Under the pieces are notes generated by a model, which was given only the letters and a program-made list of their open reading frames with translations, searched no databases and was not told the origin of the DNA. The position numbers and the translations under genes are program-made. Positions 8,950-17,662 of a DNA stretch of 64,000 nt are shown here, piece by piece (position 1 is the first letter of the stretch; the number at the start of each line of letters is the position of its first letter). Source of the stretch: an uncultured Chloroflexia bacterium (GTDB lineage: Bacteria > Chloroflexota > Dormibacteria > Aeolococcales > Aeolococcaceae); contig CAWCBS010000007.1 in the NCBI GenBank assembly GCA_963793875.1, forward strand, positions 23,489 through 87,488. The letters are read 5' to 3'.

Positions 8950-10539
8950 GTGCCACAGCGACGATGGCCGGACCGAAAGCTCAAGGAGGGAGCGATGGCC
9001 GGCAGGAGATTCGAGGTGGCAGATGTGGCAGCAGTGCTCCAGCACTGGCAGGCCGGACGCAGCCGGCGGCAGCTGGCCCGCAGCTTCGGCATGGGGAGGA
9101 ACCGGGTCGACCGGATCGTGGGGGTGGCCGAGGCGGCGGGGCTGACCCCGGGTGGCCCGCCGCTCAGTCGGCCGGAGTGGGAGCGGCGAGTACCCGAGCT
9201 GTTCGCGGAGCGGGTGGCCCCGGCCGCGGCACCGCCGACCCAGGAGCTGGTGCGGTTCCATGCGGCGATCGTCGAGGGTCTGGCGGCGAGCACGGTGACC
9301 ACGGTGTGGCAGCGGTTGTGCGACGAGCAGGGGCTGACCGTGAGCGTGTCGACCTTCCGCCGCTACGTGCGCCGCCACATCCGGGGAATGAGCCCGGAGG
9401 ACGTGACGGTGCCCAAGGAGGTGACGCCGCCGGGCGAGGTGGCCGAGGTTGATTACGGCCTGCTGGGGCGGTGGGAGGACCGGCTGAACGAGAGGACGCG
9501 CAAGGTGTGGGGCTTCGTGATGGTCCTGCCCTTCAGCCGGATGACCTTCGTGTGGCCGGTGCTGATCTGCGACCAGGGTGCGTGGGTGGCGGCGCACGTC
9601 GCCGCCTTCCGCTTCTTCGGGGCGGCGCCGCGGCAGATCCGGGTCGACAACCTGAAGACGGGGGTGCTCCGACCTGACGTGTACGACCCGCTGGTGAACC
9701 GGTCCTATGCGGAGTTGGCCGAGCACTACGGCGTGCTCCTCGACCCCTGCCGGGTGAGGAAGCCGAAGGACAAGCCACGGGTGGAGCGGGCCATGCCCTA
9801 CGCCCGGGACAGCTTCTGGAGCGGGCGCGAGTTCGCCATGGTGCCGGCGATGCGCGAGGCGGGGGCGGAGTGGAGCCGGGGCACCGCGGCCAAGCGGCCC
9901 CACGGGCTGCTGCCCGGGACCGTCGGCGAGATCTTCCAGGCGGTGGAGCGGCCGGCCATGCTGGGTCTGCCGGCGGAGCCCTTCGAGCTCGCCCACTGGG
10001 CCACGGCCACAGTGCATCCCGACTGTCGGATCCAGGTGCAGCGCCGCTTCTTCTCGGTGCCCTGGCCCCATGTCGGCAAGCGGCTGGAGGTCCGAATCGG
10101 CGAGCGGGTGGCCCGCATCTACGACGGCACCACCCTGGTCAAGACCCACGCCCTGCAGCCGGGTGAGCGCAACTACGTCGACCACGCTGACTATCCAGAG
10201 CAGAAGGTCGCCTTCCTGCAGCGAACGCCGAGCTGGTGCCGGCGCCGCGCTGTCGAGCTCGGCCCGGCGGTACAGGCCCTGGTCGACGACCTCCTGGCCG
10301 GGCCCCATCCGCTGGCCTGTCTGCGCCAGGCCCAGGGCATCCTCCGGCTCGCCGACACCCACGAGCCGGGGCGGCTGAATGCCGCATGCCAGCGCGCCCT
10401 GGTCGCCGACGGCAGCCTGCGCACGGTGCGCAACATCCTCACCCGTGACCAGCAAGTCGACGAGGACGAGCCGGCCGTCAGCACCGCCGGCGCTTTCCTC
10501 CACGGCGAGCAGCAGCTGCTCGAAGGGACACGGTGGTGA
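8950..10539 (+). CDS. istA: IS21-family transposase IstA
   Basis: 529 aa; HTH then rve core (EVAEVDYGLLGRWEDRLNERTRKVWGFVMVLPFSRMTFVWPV...RQIRVDNLKTGVLRPDVYDP). Confidence 0.93.
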   Translation: MPQRRWPDRKLKEGAMAGRRFEVADVAAVLQHWQAGRSRRQLARSFGMGRNRVDRIVGVAEAAGLTPGGPPLSRPEWERRVPELFAERVAPAAAPPTQELVRFHAAIVEGLAASTVTTVWQRLCDEQGLTVSVSTFRRYVRRHIRGMSPEDVTVPKEVTPPGEVAEVDYGLLGRWEDRLNERTRKVWGFVMVLPFSRMTFVWPVLICDQGAWVAAHVAAFRFFGAAPRQIRVDNLKTGVLRPDVYDPLVNRSYAELAEHYGVLLDPCRVRKPKDKPRVERAMPYARDSFWSGREFAMVPAMREAGAEWSRGTAAKRPHGLLPGTVGEIFQAVERPAMLGLPAEPFELAHWATATVHPDCRIQVQRRFFSVPWPHVGKRLEVRIGERVARIYDGTTLVKTHALQPGERNYVDHADYPEQKVAFLQRTPSWCRRRAVELGPAVQALVDDLLAGPHPLACLRQAQGILRLADTHEPGRLNAACQRALVADGSLRTVRNILTRDQQVDEDEPAVSTAGAFLHGEQQLLEGTRW

Positions 10540-11456
10540 GGCCGGCAGAGCTGCAGAGCAAGCTCAAGACCCTCAAGCTCGGCGGCATGCTGCTCACCCT
10601 GGAGATGCGGCGGGCGCAGGCCGAGGACCAGCGGCTTGGCCACGTCGAGTTCCTGGCGTTGCTGCTCGACGACGAGATCGATCGGCGGCAGTCGAAGATG
10701 CTGGCCCAGCGGCTCCACCGAGCCCGCTTCGAAGAGCCGAAGACCCTCGAGGAGTTCGACTTCTCCTTCAACCCCCAGATCCCCGCCGAGCAGCTGCGCA
10801 ACCTAGCCACCTGCGGCTTTGTCGAGCGTCACGAGTCGGTGCTGCTCTGTGGGCCGGTCGGGGTCGGCAAGACCCACGCGGCGCAGGCGTTGGGGCACGC
10901 CGCCTGCCGTGCCGGGTACACCGTGCTCTTCACCAAGACCTCGGCCTTCCTGCGCGACCTGGCCGGAGGCCGGGCCGACGGCAGTTGGGAGCCTCGGCTG
11001 CGCCGCTACCTGCAGAGTGACGTGCTCATCCTCGACGACTTCGGGATGCGCGAGTTCACCCCCTCCCAGGCCGAGGACCTCTATGAGCTGATCTGCCAGC
11101 GCTTCCGGGTCGGCAGCCTGCTGGTCACCAGCAACCGCGCCCCCAAGGACTGGTACCCACTCTTCCCCAACCCCGTCCTCGCCGAGAGCGCCCTCGACCG
11201 CTTGGTCAACAGCGCCCACCACGTGATCCTGCGAGGCCGCAGCTATCGGCCTTTCCGGCGGCCGGACGGAGGCGGTTACCCAGCCGTCAACGACCCCGAT
11301 GACACCCCAGCCGGCCAGCCCGGCCGAGCGCTCCAGGCGCGACCCGCTGAGACGCCCCCGGAGGCCAGCGACGACCTCGACCAGATGTCGGATACCCCCC
11401 TTCCGGAGGCCGCCACCCGACCACACAGGAGGGCCGCCAACCCACTACCATCCTGA
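10533..11456 (+). CDS. istB: IS21-family helper ATPase IstB
   Basis: Walker A GPVGVGKTH, Walker B DVLILDDFGMREF, LLVTSNRAPKDW; overlaps the istA 3' end. Confidence 0.95.
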   Translation: MVRPAELQSKLKTLKLGGMLLTLEMRRAQAEDQRLGHVEFLALLLDDEIDRRQSKMLAQRLHRARFEEPKTLEEFDFSFNPQIPAEQLRNLATCGFVERHESVLLCGPVGVGKTHAAQALGHAACRAGYTVLFTKTSAFLRDLAGGRADGSWEPRLRRYLQSDVLILDDFGMREFTPSQAEDLYELICQRFRVGSLLVTSNRAPKDWYPLFPNPVLAESALDRLVNSAHHVILRGRSYRPFRRPDGGGYPAVNDPDDTPAGQPGRALQARPAETPPEASDDLDQMSDTPLPEAATRPHRRAANPLPS

Positions 11457-11549
11457 CCAGAAGACGGGGCACCGGGTGGCCTCATCGCGTGACCGTGAGT
11501 GGCTCCATCACGTGACCGCGGGTGGCCTCATCGCGTGGCGTTCGACATT

Positions 11550-12548
11550 TCAACCGGTCGTTGCAACAGGGCTCTCCAAGAGCTGGCTGAAGGCCTCGGC
11601 TGGCGTTCGCCACCCGAGTGTACGGCGAGGCCGGCCGTTCAGCCGGGCCGCGATGTCCTGCAGGGTGGCTGGGTCGCTCGGCATCACGGAAGCGCTGGGC
11701 AGGTACTGGCGGAGAAGGCCGTTGGTGTTCTCGTTGGTCCCTCGTTCCCATGGGGATCGGGGATGAGCGAAGTACACGGCGACACCGGTGTCAATGGTGA
11801 ACTGCCGATGCTGAGCCAGCTCAGTCCCCTGATCCCAGGTGAGCGACTGCCGGAGCGAAGTCGGCAGAGTGACGATGGTCTCGGCGATGGCCAGGCGAGT
11901 GGGCTCGGCGGCGCGTCCTCGGGGTAGCGGGACCAACATGGTGAAGCGCGTCGTTCGTTCCACGAGGGTCCCCACCGCGGAGTGCGCCCCCTTGCCAACC
12001 ATGAGATCGCCTTCCCAGTGCCCGGGAACCTTGCGGTCGGCGACCTCGGCGGGGCGCTCGTCGATGCTCACCATGTCGGCGATCCGATGGCGTCCGTAGT
12101 GGCCGCGGCGCTCCAGGCCGCGATGCTCCTTACCCTGCCTCAGGCCGGCCAGGAGCGAGCGCTTCAGCTCACCCTTCGGCAGAAGGTAGAACCAGGTGTA
12201 GATCGTCTCGTGTGACACGTGCATCGCCCCGTCGCTGGGGTTCTCCAGCTTGATCCTCTCAGCCACTTGCTGCGGTGACCAGCCCCTGGCCATGCCGGCG
12301 CACACCTGGGCCCGCAGCGGCGTCCCCTCCGCCAACTTCCGCACCTTAGGACGCCGTCGTCGCCAGCGGGCAAGCTCCGCGGCCCTGACGGCACGGTAGC
12401 CCGACCTCCCTCCGCCAGCTCGAACCTCGCGACTCACCGTCGCCGGGTTCCGGCCCAGCTGGCGAGCCAGCTGACGCATCGAGATGTCGCCGGACATCCC
12501 CAGCGAGATCTCCTCTCGCTCCTGCAGGGTCAACCTCGTTCTGAGCAC
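11550..12548 (-). CDS. IS30-family transposase
   Basis: 332 aa; MLRTRLTLQEREEISLGMSGDISMRQLARQLGRNPATVSREV...GHWEGDLMVGKGAHSAVGTLVERTTRF...NENTNGLLRQYLP. Confidence 0.95.
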   Translation of the reverse strand: MLRTRLTLQEREEISLGMSGDISMRQLARQLGRNPATVSREVRAGGGRSGYRAVRAAELARWRRRRPKVRKLAEGTPLRAQVCAGMARGWSPQQVAERIKLENPSDGAMHVSHETIYTWFYLLPKGELKRSLLAGLRQGKEHRGLERRGHYGRHRIADMVSIDERPAEVADRKVPGHWEGDLMVGKGAHSAVGTLVERTTRFTMLVPLPRGRAAEPTRLAIAETIVTLPTSLRQSLTWDQGTELAQHRQFTIDTGVAVYFAHPRSPWERGTNENTNGLLRQYLPSASVMPSDPATLQDIAARLNGRPRRTLGWRTPAEAFSQLLESPVATTG

Positions 12549-12622
12549 GTGGCACCTCTGATGGCGGCTGTTCGCCAGATCAGATCACCCCGTTGCGTTC
12601 ACCAGTTGAAACCGGCCCCTGT

Positions 12623-12661
12623 TAAGCGCGCAGCCCGCAGGTTCGCGTCCAGCAGGGGGTA
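12623..12661 (+). pseudogene. degraded tRNA 3' half (same type as 5541-5583)
   Basis: Joining 8807-8812 (cttcta) to 12625 on excising IS30 gives CTTCTAAGCGCGCAGCCCGCAGGTTCGCGTCCAGCAGGGGGTA (43 nt), colinear with 5541-5583. Confidence 0.65.
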
Positions 12662-12891
12662 CTGGCCGGTCTCAATTCCGGCACGGCGGCGAGTTACGTC
12701 CCGCATCGCGGTGGGAATTGAGGCCCTCTCCGCGTGCTGACCGGGTACACAGAGAAGGCCACCGTGAGGTTCTCTTCGGACTGCTCAACCTTCAAGGAGA
12801 TTCACGAATGGCCCACCCCCACAGGCTACGCGACGTCCTCACGGAGGACAATGGATGCAGCTTCCGTCGGAGCCCCTCAAGGAGGCCTGAA

Positions 12892-13488
12892 GTGGGTCGA
12901 ATCGTTGTTATGAACCATGTGACCTTGGATGGAGTTATGCAGGGACCGGGACGCCCTGATGAAGACACCCGAGGCGGGTTCACGCAGGGCGGTTGGGGTA
13001 GCCGGTCCACATCGGCTGGCGACGCTGCGGGCAAGGCGATGGGCGAGAGGATGGCGGCCGGGGGCGGCCTGGCAGGGTGGCTGTTCGGGCGGCGCACCTA
13101 TGAGGGGCTGCTGGCGACCTGGAACGCTCGCGGTGGTCCGTTCAAGGAATCGCTGATCAACTCGCCCAAGTACGTCGCATCGACCACTCTCGAGGAACCG
13201 CTGCCGTGGCCCAACTCGACGCTGCTGGGCGGCGATGTTGCTGAGGCCGTGGGCGCGCTCAAGGCGCGATCTGATGGCGTCCTGGCAATCATGGGCAGCG
13301 GCGAGTTGATCGGCTCGCTGATGTCTGCCGACCTGATCGACGAGTACCTGCTGATGATCCACCCGCTGGTGCTAGGTGGCGGACGGCGACTGTTCCCGGC
13401 TAATGTGCGTGCAGCGCTTCGGCTGACCGACAGTGTCACCACGGTCAGCGGCGTAGTCATCGCCACCTACGAGCCGGCACGAGGTTGA
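12892..13488 (+). CDS. dihydrofolate reductase family protein (RibD C-terminal domain)
   Basis: GRIVVMNHVTLDGVMQGPGRPDEDTRGGF...LFGRRTYEGLLATW...LAIMGSGELIGSLMSADLIDEYLLMIHPLVLGGGRRLF. Confidence 0.88.
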   Translation: MGRIVVMNHVTLDGVMQGPGRPDEDTRGGFTQGGWGSRSTSAGDAAGKAMGERMAAGGGLAGWLFGRRTYEGLLATWNARGGPFKESLINSPKYVASTTLEEPLPWPNSTLLGGDVAEAVGALKARSDGVLAIMGSGELIGSLMSADLIDEYLLMIHPLVLGGGRRLFPANVRAALRLTDSVTTVSGVVIATYEPARG

Positions 13489-13528
13489 TACAGGCAGTAA
13501 GCGCTCCAACTCAGGTGAAATCCAGGAC

Positions 13529-13571
13529 AGCGGGAGACGGGGCTCGAACCCGCGACATCCAAGCTTGGAAG
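13529..13571 (-). pseudogene. tRNA 3' half (anticodon TCC, Gly-like), 43 nt
   Basis: Minus strand CTTCCAA-GCTTG-GATGTC-GCGGG-TTCGAGC-CCCGT-CTCCCGC-T; no matching 5' half (no GCGGGAG acceptor strand upstream). Confidence 0.7.
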
Positions 13572-13744
13572 TCAGTAGCTGCCCTTCGCGTCGCACCGAC
13601 GGCCTCGGCTGAATCCGGGCCGAGCGCTCGCCTGTCGCACCGGCGCCGTTAGCAGGGTGCGGAAGAACCCCCTGAGGGGCTTGCCAGGTTAAACAGGGAT
13701 GTGAGAGTCTTGCGGGGACGCGCCGTCCCAGCAGGAGATCTCGA

Positions 13745-13895
13745 ATGCGTGGCAGCCCCGATCTGCAGATGACGATGCTGACCACGGTGAGCACGGAGGC
13801 GATGGTCCCGGCGGATCACCCCCTGCGCCGGATCCGGACCATCGTGGACGCGGTCCTGGCGGAGATGGATGGCGACTTCGAGGCCATGTACTCTC
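13745..13895 (+). pseudogene. IS5/IS1182-like transposase N-terminal fragment
   Basis: MRGSPDLQMTMLTTVSTEAMVPADHPLRRIRTIVDAVLAEMDGDFEAMYS then abrupt change of content. Confidence 0.7.
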
Positions 13896-14049
13896 GAGCA
13901 TCACCCCCAGCACCAACCTCCCCGGCAATTCGGACACCCAACTCCAGGCCGTGACCTGCGTGAGCGCCGGCGGCTGCTGGGCGGTCGGCTACCCCGGGGC
14001 CTCTGCCGGCCAGGTGGTGCTCGAGCTGACGGATCCGCCCGACGGCTGA
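13896..14049 (+). pseudogene. C-terminal fragment of a CWAVG-repeat protein
   Basis: SSITPSTNLPGNSDTQLQAVTCVSAGGCWAVGYPGASAGQVVLELTDPPDG*; same repeat as 46446-47939. Confidence 0.55.
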
Positions 14050-14090
14050 GCCGCCATCGCCGTACCTGCTTCCCAGACGCGCGACGTCCT

Positions 14091-14119
14091 GACCGCCCGG
14101 TCTCTCCCCCCGGGCGGTC
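14091..14119 (+). terminator. putative intrinsic terminator or strong hairpin
   Basis: GACCGCCCGG tctctcccc CCGGGCGGTC, perfect 10-bp stem, followed by a C-rich run rather than a U-tract. Confidence 0.4.
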
Positions 14120-14617
14120 CCCCTCCTCTCACCTCGCTGCTGAGCCGATCGCCGCCGGAACCTCGCTGGGCAGCGTCTCCTGGGTCGTGAAGGTCAGCTC
14201 GACCGCGCCCGGCCTCCTCCAGACGGCCATCGTGGTGACGGACGCCCGACGACCAGTCGGCCGTCCAGAGTGCCTCGGCCGCTCTGACCTCGGTCCCAGC
14301 TCCTCACCGCCGATCCCTGCCACCGGGTCGCGCGTCGGCGGTAGCCTGCCGTGGGCGGCCGCGTTGGCGCTGATCGCGGCCGGCCTGACGACGCTCGCCG
14401 GGCGGCGCCGGGTCCTGATGGTGCTCCGACGCTCGCGCTGAGAGGTTGCGGCTGGAGACTGCTGTAGCTCGACAGGGGTGCTCCGGCTCGACGCGAACCC
14501 GGCCCACCGGCCCGCGCAGTGGCTCAGGAGCGGTGGCCCGGGTGCCGTCTCTTGGAGGCGAAGCGTGCCCTCCCGGCTACGGGGACAGCGAGCGGGACTT
14601 CCACATTCAGCAAGCGC

Positions 14618-15811
14618 TCACGAGTACCTCTCCACCAGGGTGTCCTGCACGCTGCCGTTGTAGTCATTGCCCACCGCCAGGCAGAACTGAGAGCTGCCAC
14701 TGACCGTGCAGCTGACCCCGGGGAGCAGATCGTACGGGCTCGTCGGGTCCACGGTGGTGACGATGCTCCACGTCGCGCCGTTCCACGCCTCGTTCAGGGT
14801 GCTGACGGTGTCCGGCGTCGTGTTCGAGCTGTATCCCGAGGCCATGCAGAAGGCGGACCCCGTGCACGAGACCGACGTCAGCCACGTGCTCTGGCCGCTG
14901 ATGTTGGGGGTGCTGAGCACGCTCCAGCTGCTCCCGTTCCACTCCTCGGCGAGGCTGTTCTCGTTGGGCCCACCGGAATACGAGGTGCCCACCGCCATGC
15001 AGAAGGTGGTGCTGCGGCAGCGCACCGCTGCGGGGTTGAGGTCGCTGGTGGTGTCGTCGACGATGCTCCAGGACGAGCCGTTCCACCGGACGATGAACTG
15101 GTCAAGGCCCGTGTAACCGACCGCCATGCAGAAGCTGGCGCTGGTGCAGCTCACGCCGGAGAGCTGCATGTCGTCGGTGCTGCTGGGCGCCGGCACCGTC
15201 TCCTGGCTCCAGGAGCTGCCGTTCCACTTCAGGCTGAAGGGATAGGTCGGCTCAATCGTGTAGGACCCGACCGCGATGCAGAACGTGGTCGCCTTGCAGC
15301 TGACGCCGTAGAGGTCGACCGTGGCGCCCGGTCCGAAGATGTGGGGCACGGGCATGGAGACCAGCGCGGTGCCGTTCCACTTGTCGAGGATCATGTGATC
15401 GGCGCCGCCCTTGTAGTAGCGACCCACGGCGACGCAGAAGGTGGTGGAGACGCAGCTGACGGCGTTGAGCTCGGCTTCCGTGTACCCGGCGCTGGGTGCC
15501 GCGGTGACGACGGACATCGTGGTGCCGTTCCATCGCTCGCCGAAGGTCCGGTCGTTACCGGAGGTTTCTTAGATGCCGACCCCGAGACAGAAGCTGGCAC
15601 TGGTGCAGCTCACCCCCGAGAGGCCGGAGAAGGTGGAGGGGCTGGGGGAGCTCACCACGCTCCAGTTGGGATCCGCGGCCATGGCTCCCGGCCCGCTGAG
15701 GAGGACTGCGGCCAGCACGGCCACGGCGATGCTTGCGGTTCGGAGGCCACGCAGGCCGAGCAGCCTCGCCGCCCGCCTGTCTGTGGAGGCAACGGTCGGT
15801 CGGTCTTCCAT
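14618..15811 (-). pseudogene. secreted FCxAVG-repeat protein interrupted by one in-frame TAA
   Basis: ORFs 15569-15811 and 14618-15517 are in the same frame, separated by TAA at 15569-15571 (...FCLGVGI*ETSGNDRTFGERWNGTTMSVV...); N-terminal signal peptide. Confidence 0.75.
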
Positions 15812-15899
15812 GGACGCTCTCCCTGGCGGGGGAGGCTCGAAGCCCCCCTGACGAACTGGACCCGCTTCCTCGGTCCCACCCTCTCGTCGCCGAGCTCTC

Positions 15900-17435
15900 C
15901 TACGCCCGGGCCGGCTCCTCCGCCTCCCGGCGCGACCCCACCAGCGCCAACCCTTCGGGTTCCCGAATGTCCTCGTAGGCGACCGTCCGCTGGGTGAAGA
16001 ACCCGTTCTTGTTGACGAGCGCCGCCACCACCGTCAGGGGGATGCCGAGGCCGAGGGTGATCAGCACCGGGATGGCGGCACCCACCCCTTGGACGATCAC
16101 CTGGTAGCCGATCCAGAAGAGGAAGGCACCCCCGATGAGGGGCAGGATCCCGATCAGGACGAGGTTCCGCACGCTCTTGAGCAGCACCTTCCGGAAGGCC
16201 CAGGCACAGGCGATGCCGGTCGCTCCGTAGTAGATCGCGACCAGGATGCCGATGTCCGAGATCATGTTGGCGAAGGTGCTGTTGATGTTCGCGTTCAGGG
16301 TGGTGAGCAGGATGCCCAGGCTGCAGAGCAGGAAGGTGATGATGGTCCCCACCCAGGGCGTCTGCCAGCTCTTGTGGATCAGCCCGAATATCCCGGGGAA
16401 GACCCCATCGCGGGCCATGGCGAAGCTGAGCCGGCTCGAGGGCAGCAGGGTGGTCTGGGTGGTGGCGAGGCTCGAGCTGAGGATGGCGATGGCCATCAGG
16501 AAGCTGATCGGGGCGGGCGCCAGCCGGGTGGCGAAGTACACCAGCGTGTTGGCTCCCTGGTTGTTGATCTGAGCCGCTCCGAGCAGCGACTGCATGGCGG
16601 TGGCCGCGATCAGGAACAGCGCCAGCAGGATCACCATGCTGATCATCCCGGCCCGTCCGGGGTTCTCACGGTTGTCGCTCCCCTCCTCGTTGAGGTTGGC
16701 GGCGGTGTCCCAGCCCCAGAAGAAGAAGACGCCCAGCACGGCTCCGCCGGCCAGCCCGGTGAAGCCCTGGAGCGAGAAGGGGTTGAACCACGACCAGGTC
16801 ACCCCGATCGAACCGGCCGGGTGGGAGGTCAGCACCTTGACGAAGGCGAGCACGGAGAAGAGGAGGACCACCAGGTACTCGATGGTGACCATCACCCACT
16901 GGGCGTTGGCGGTGATCCGGATCCCCCGAGCCACCATCCAGGTGACGAACGCGAGCAGGGCGAAACCGGCCAGCGCGATGAGCGCGCTGTTGGTGGCGGC
17001 TCCCGAGCTGATCCAACCGAACTGCCCGGGCCCGAGGAGCGCGAGCCCCACCGAGGCAGCGAAGAGCGGCGCCGAGATGCAGAAGATGACGTTGCAGGCT
17101 AGCTGGACCCAGCCCGTGAACCAGCCGATGTGGGGGTTGACGGTCCGCGCGATCCAGCTGTACGAGGCGCCGCAGTTGGGGTCCCGGCGGTTCAGGTAGC
17201 TGTACGCCATGGCGATGAAGAAGACCGGGAAGAAGCTCACCAAGATCGCCGCCGGGGCGGCGAGCCCCACCCCGGTGGCGGCCACCACCAGGAAGAGCGT
17301 GGTGCCGAGGCTGTAGGCGGGAGCCACGCTCGCGGTGGCGACCGCGGTGGTGTCGAGGAGGTTGAGCTCGCCAGCCTTGAGCCCCTGCGCCGGGGGCGGG
17401 AGCATGTCGGGAGCAGCCAGCATTATCTCCGCCAT
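15900..17435 (-). CDS. APC family amino acid permease
   Basis: MAEIMLAAPDMLPPPAQGLKAGELNLLDTTAVATASVAPAYSLGTTLFLVVAATGVG...; ~12 hydrophobic segments. Confidence 0.88.
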   Translation of the reverse strand: MAEIMLAAPDMLPPPAQGLKAGELNLLDTTAVATASVAPAYSLGTTLFLVVAATGVGLAAPAAILVSFFPVFFIAMAYSYLNRRDPNCGASYSWIARTVNPHIGWFTGWVQLACNVIFCISAPLFAASVGLALLGPGQFGWISSGAATNSALIALAGFALLAFVTWMVARGIRITANAQWVMVTIEYLVVLLFSVLAFVKVLTSHPAGSIGVTWSWFNPFSLQGFTGLAGGAVLGVFFFWGWDTAANLNEEGSDNRENPGRAGMISMVILLALFLIAATAMQSLLGAAQINNQGANTLVYFATRLAPAPISFLMAIAILSSSLATTQTTLLPSSRLSFAMARDGVFPGIFGLIHKSWQTPWVGTIITFLLCSLGILLTTLNANINSTFANMISDIGILVAIYYGATGIACAWAFRKVLLKSVRNLVLIGILPLIGGAFLFWIGYQVIVQGVGAAIPVLITLGLGIPLTVVAALVNKNGFFTQRTVAYEDIREPEGLALVGSRREAEEPARA

Positions 17436-17662
17436 GGGGGCTCTCCTCGCCGGAGCATAACTACTGCCTAAGAGCAGATTGAAAAAACGGTAAAGGACCC
17501 GGGAGAGCGTGTCAAGCCTGGCGTCCCAACTTGACCCGGCCACCGGCCTCCACTACCCTTCGAGGTAATCCTGCAAGGGTTCGCCGGCCTTCGTGACCCT
17601 GGCGCCGCGCAACCCCTGCACCGGAGAGGGCGCCTGGGCCCGGCGCCTCGAGGGAGAACCCC

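Larger units (their letters stand above)
8836..11541 (+). mobile_element. IS21-family insertion sequence (2706 bp) inserted in IS30
   Basis: istA/istB pair; multiple terminal repeats of the type ggtcacgcaatgaggccact (4 left, 3 inverted right); flanking TCGA at 8832-8835 and 11542-11545. Confidence 0.88.
8813..12622 (-). mobile_element. IS30-family insertion sequence carrying a nested IS21-family element
   Basis: Terminal inverted repeats ACAGGGGCCGGTTTCAA (8813-) / TTGAAACCGGCCCCTGT (-12622); flanking TA direct repeats 8811-8812 and 12623-12624; IS30 length without IS21 ~1.1 kb. Confidence 0.85.

Noticed and set aside
5541-12661. Group I intron-containing tRNA (break at anticodon loop)
   Set aside because: No 5' half within reach, and the upstream repeat shows no group I core that I can recognise; kept only as a remote alternative.
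13529-13571. Functional tRNA-Gly gene on the minus strand
   Set aside because: Upstream minus-strand sequence (gcgacgcgaagggcagctactga) lacks a GCGGGAG acceptor strand and a D-arm.
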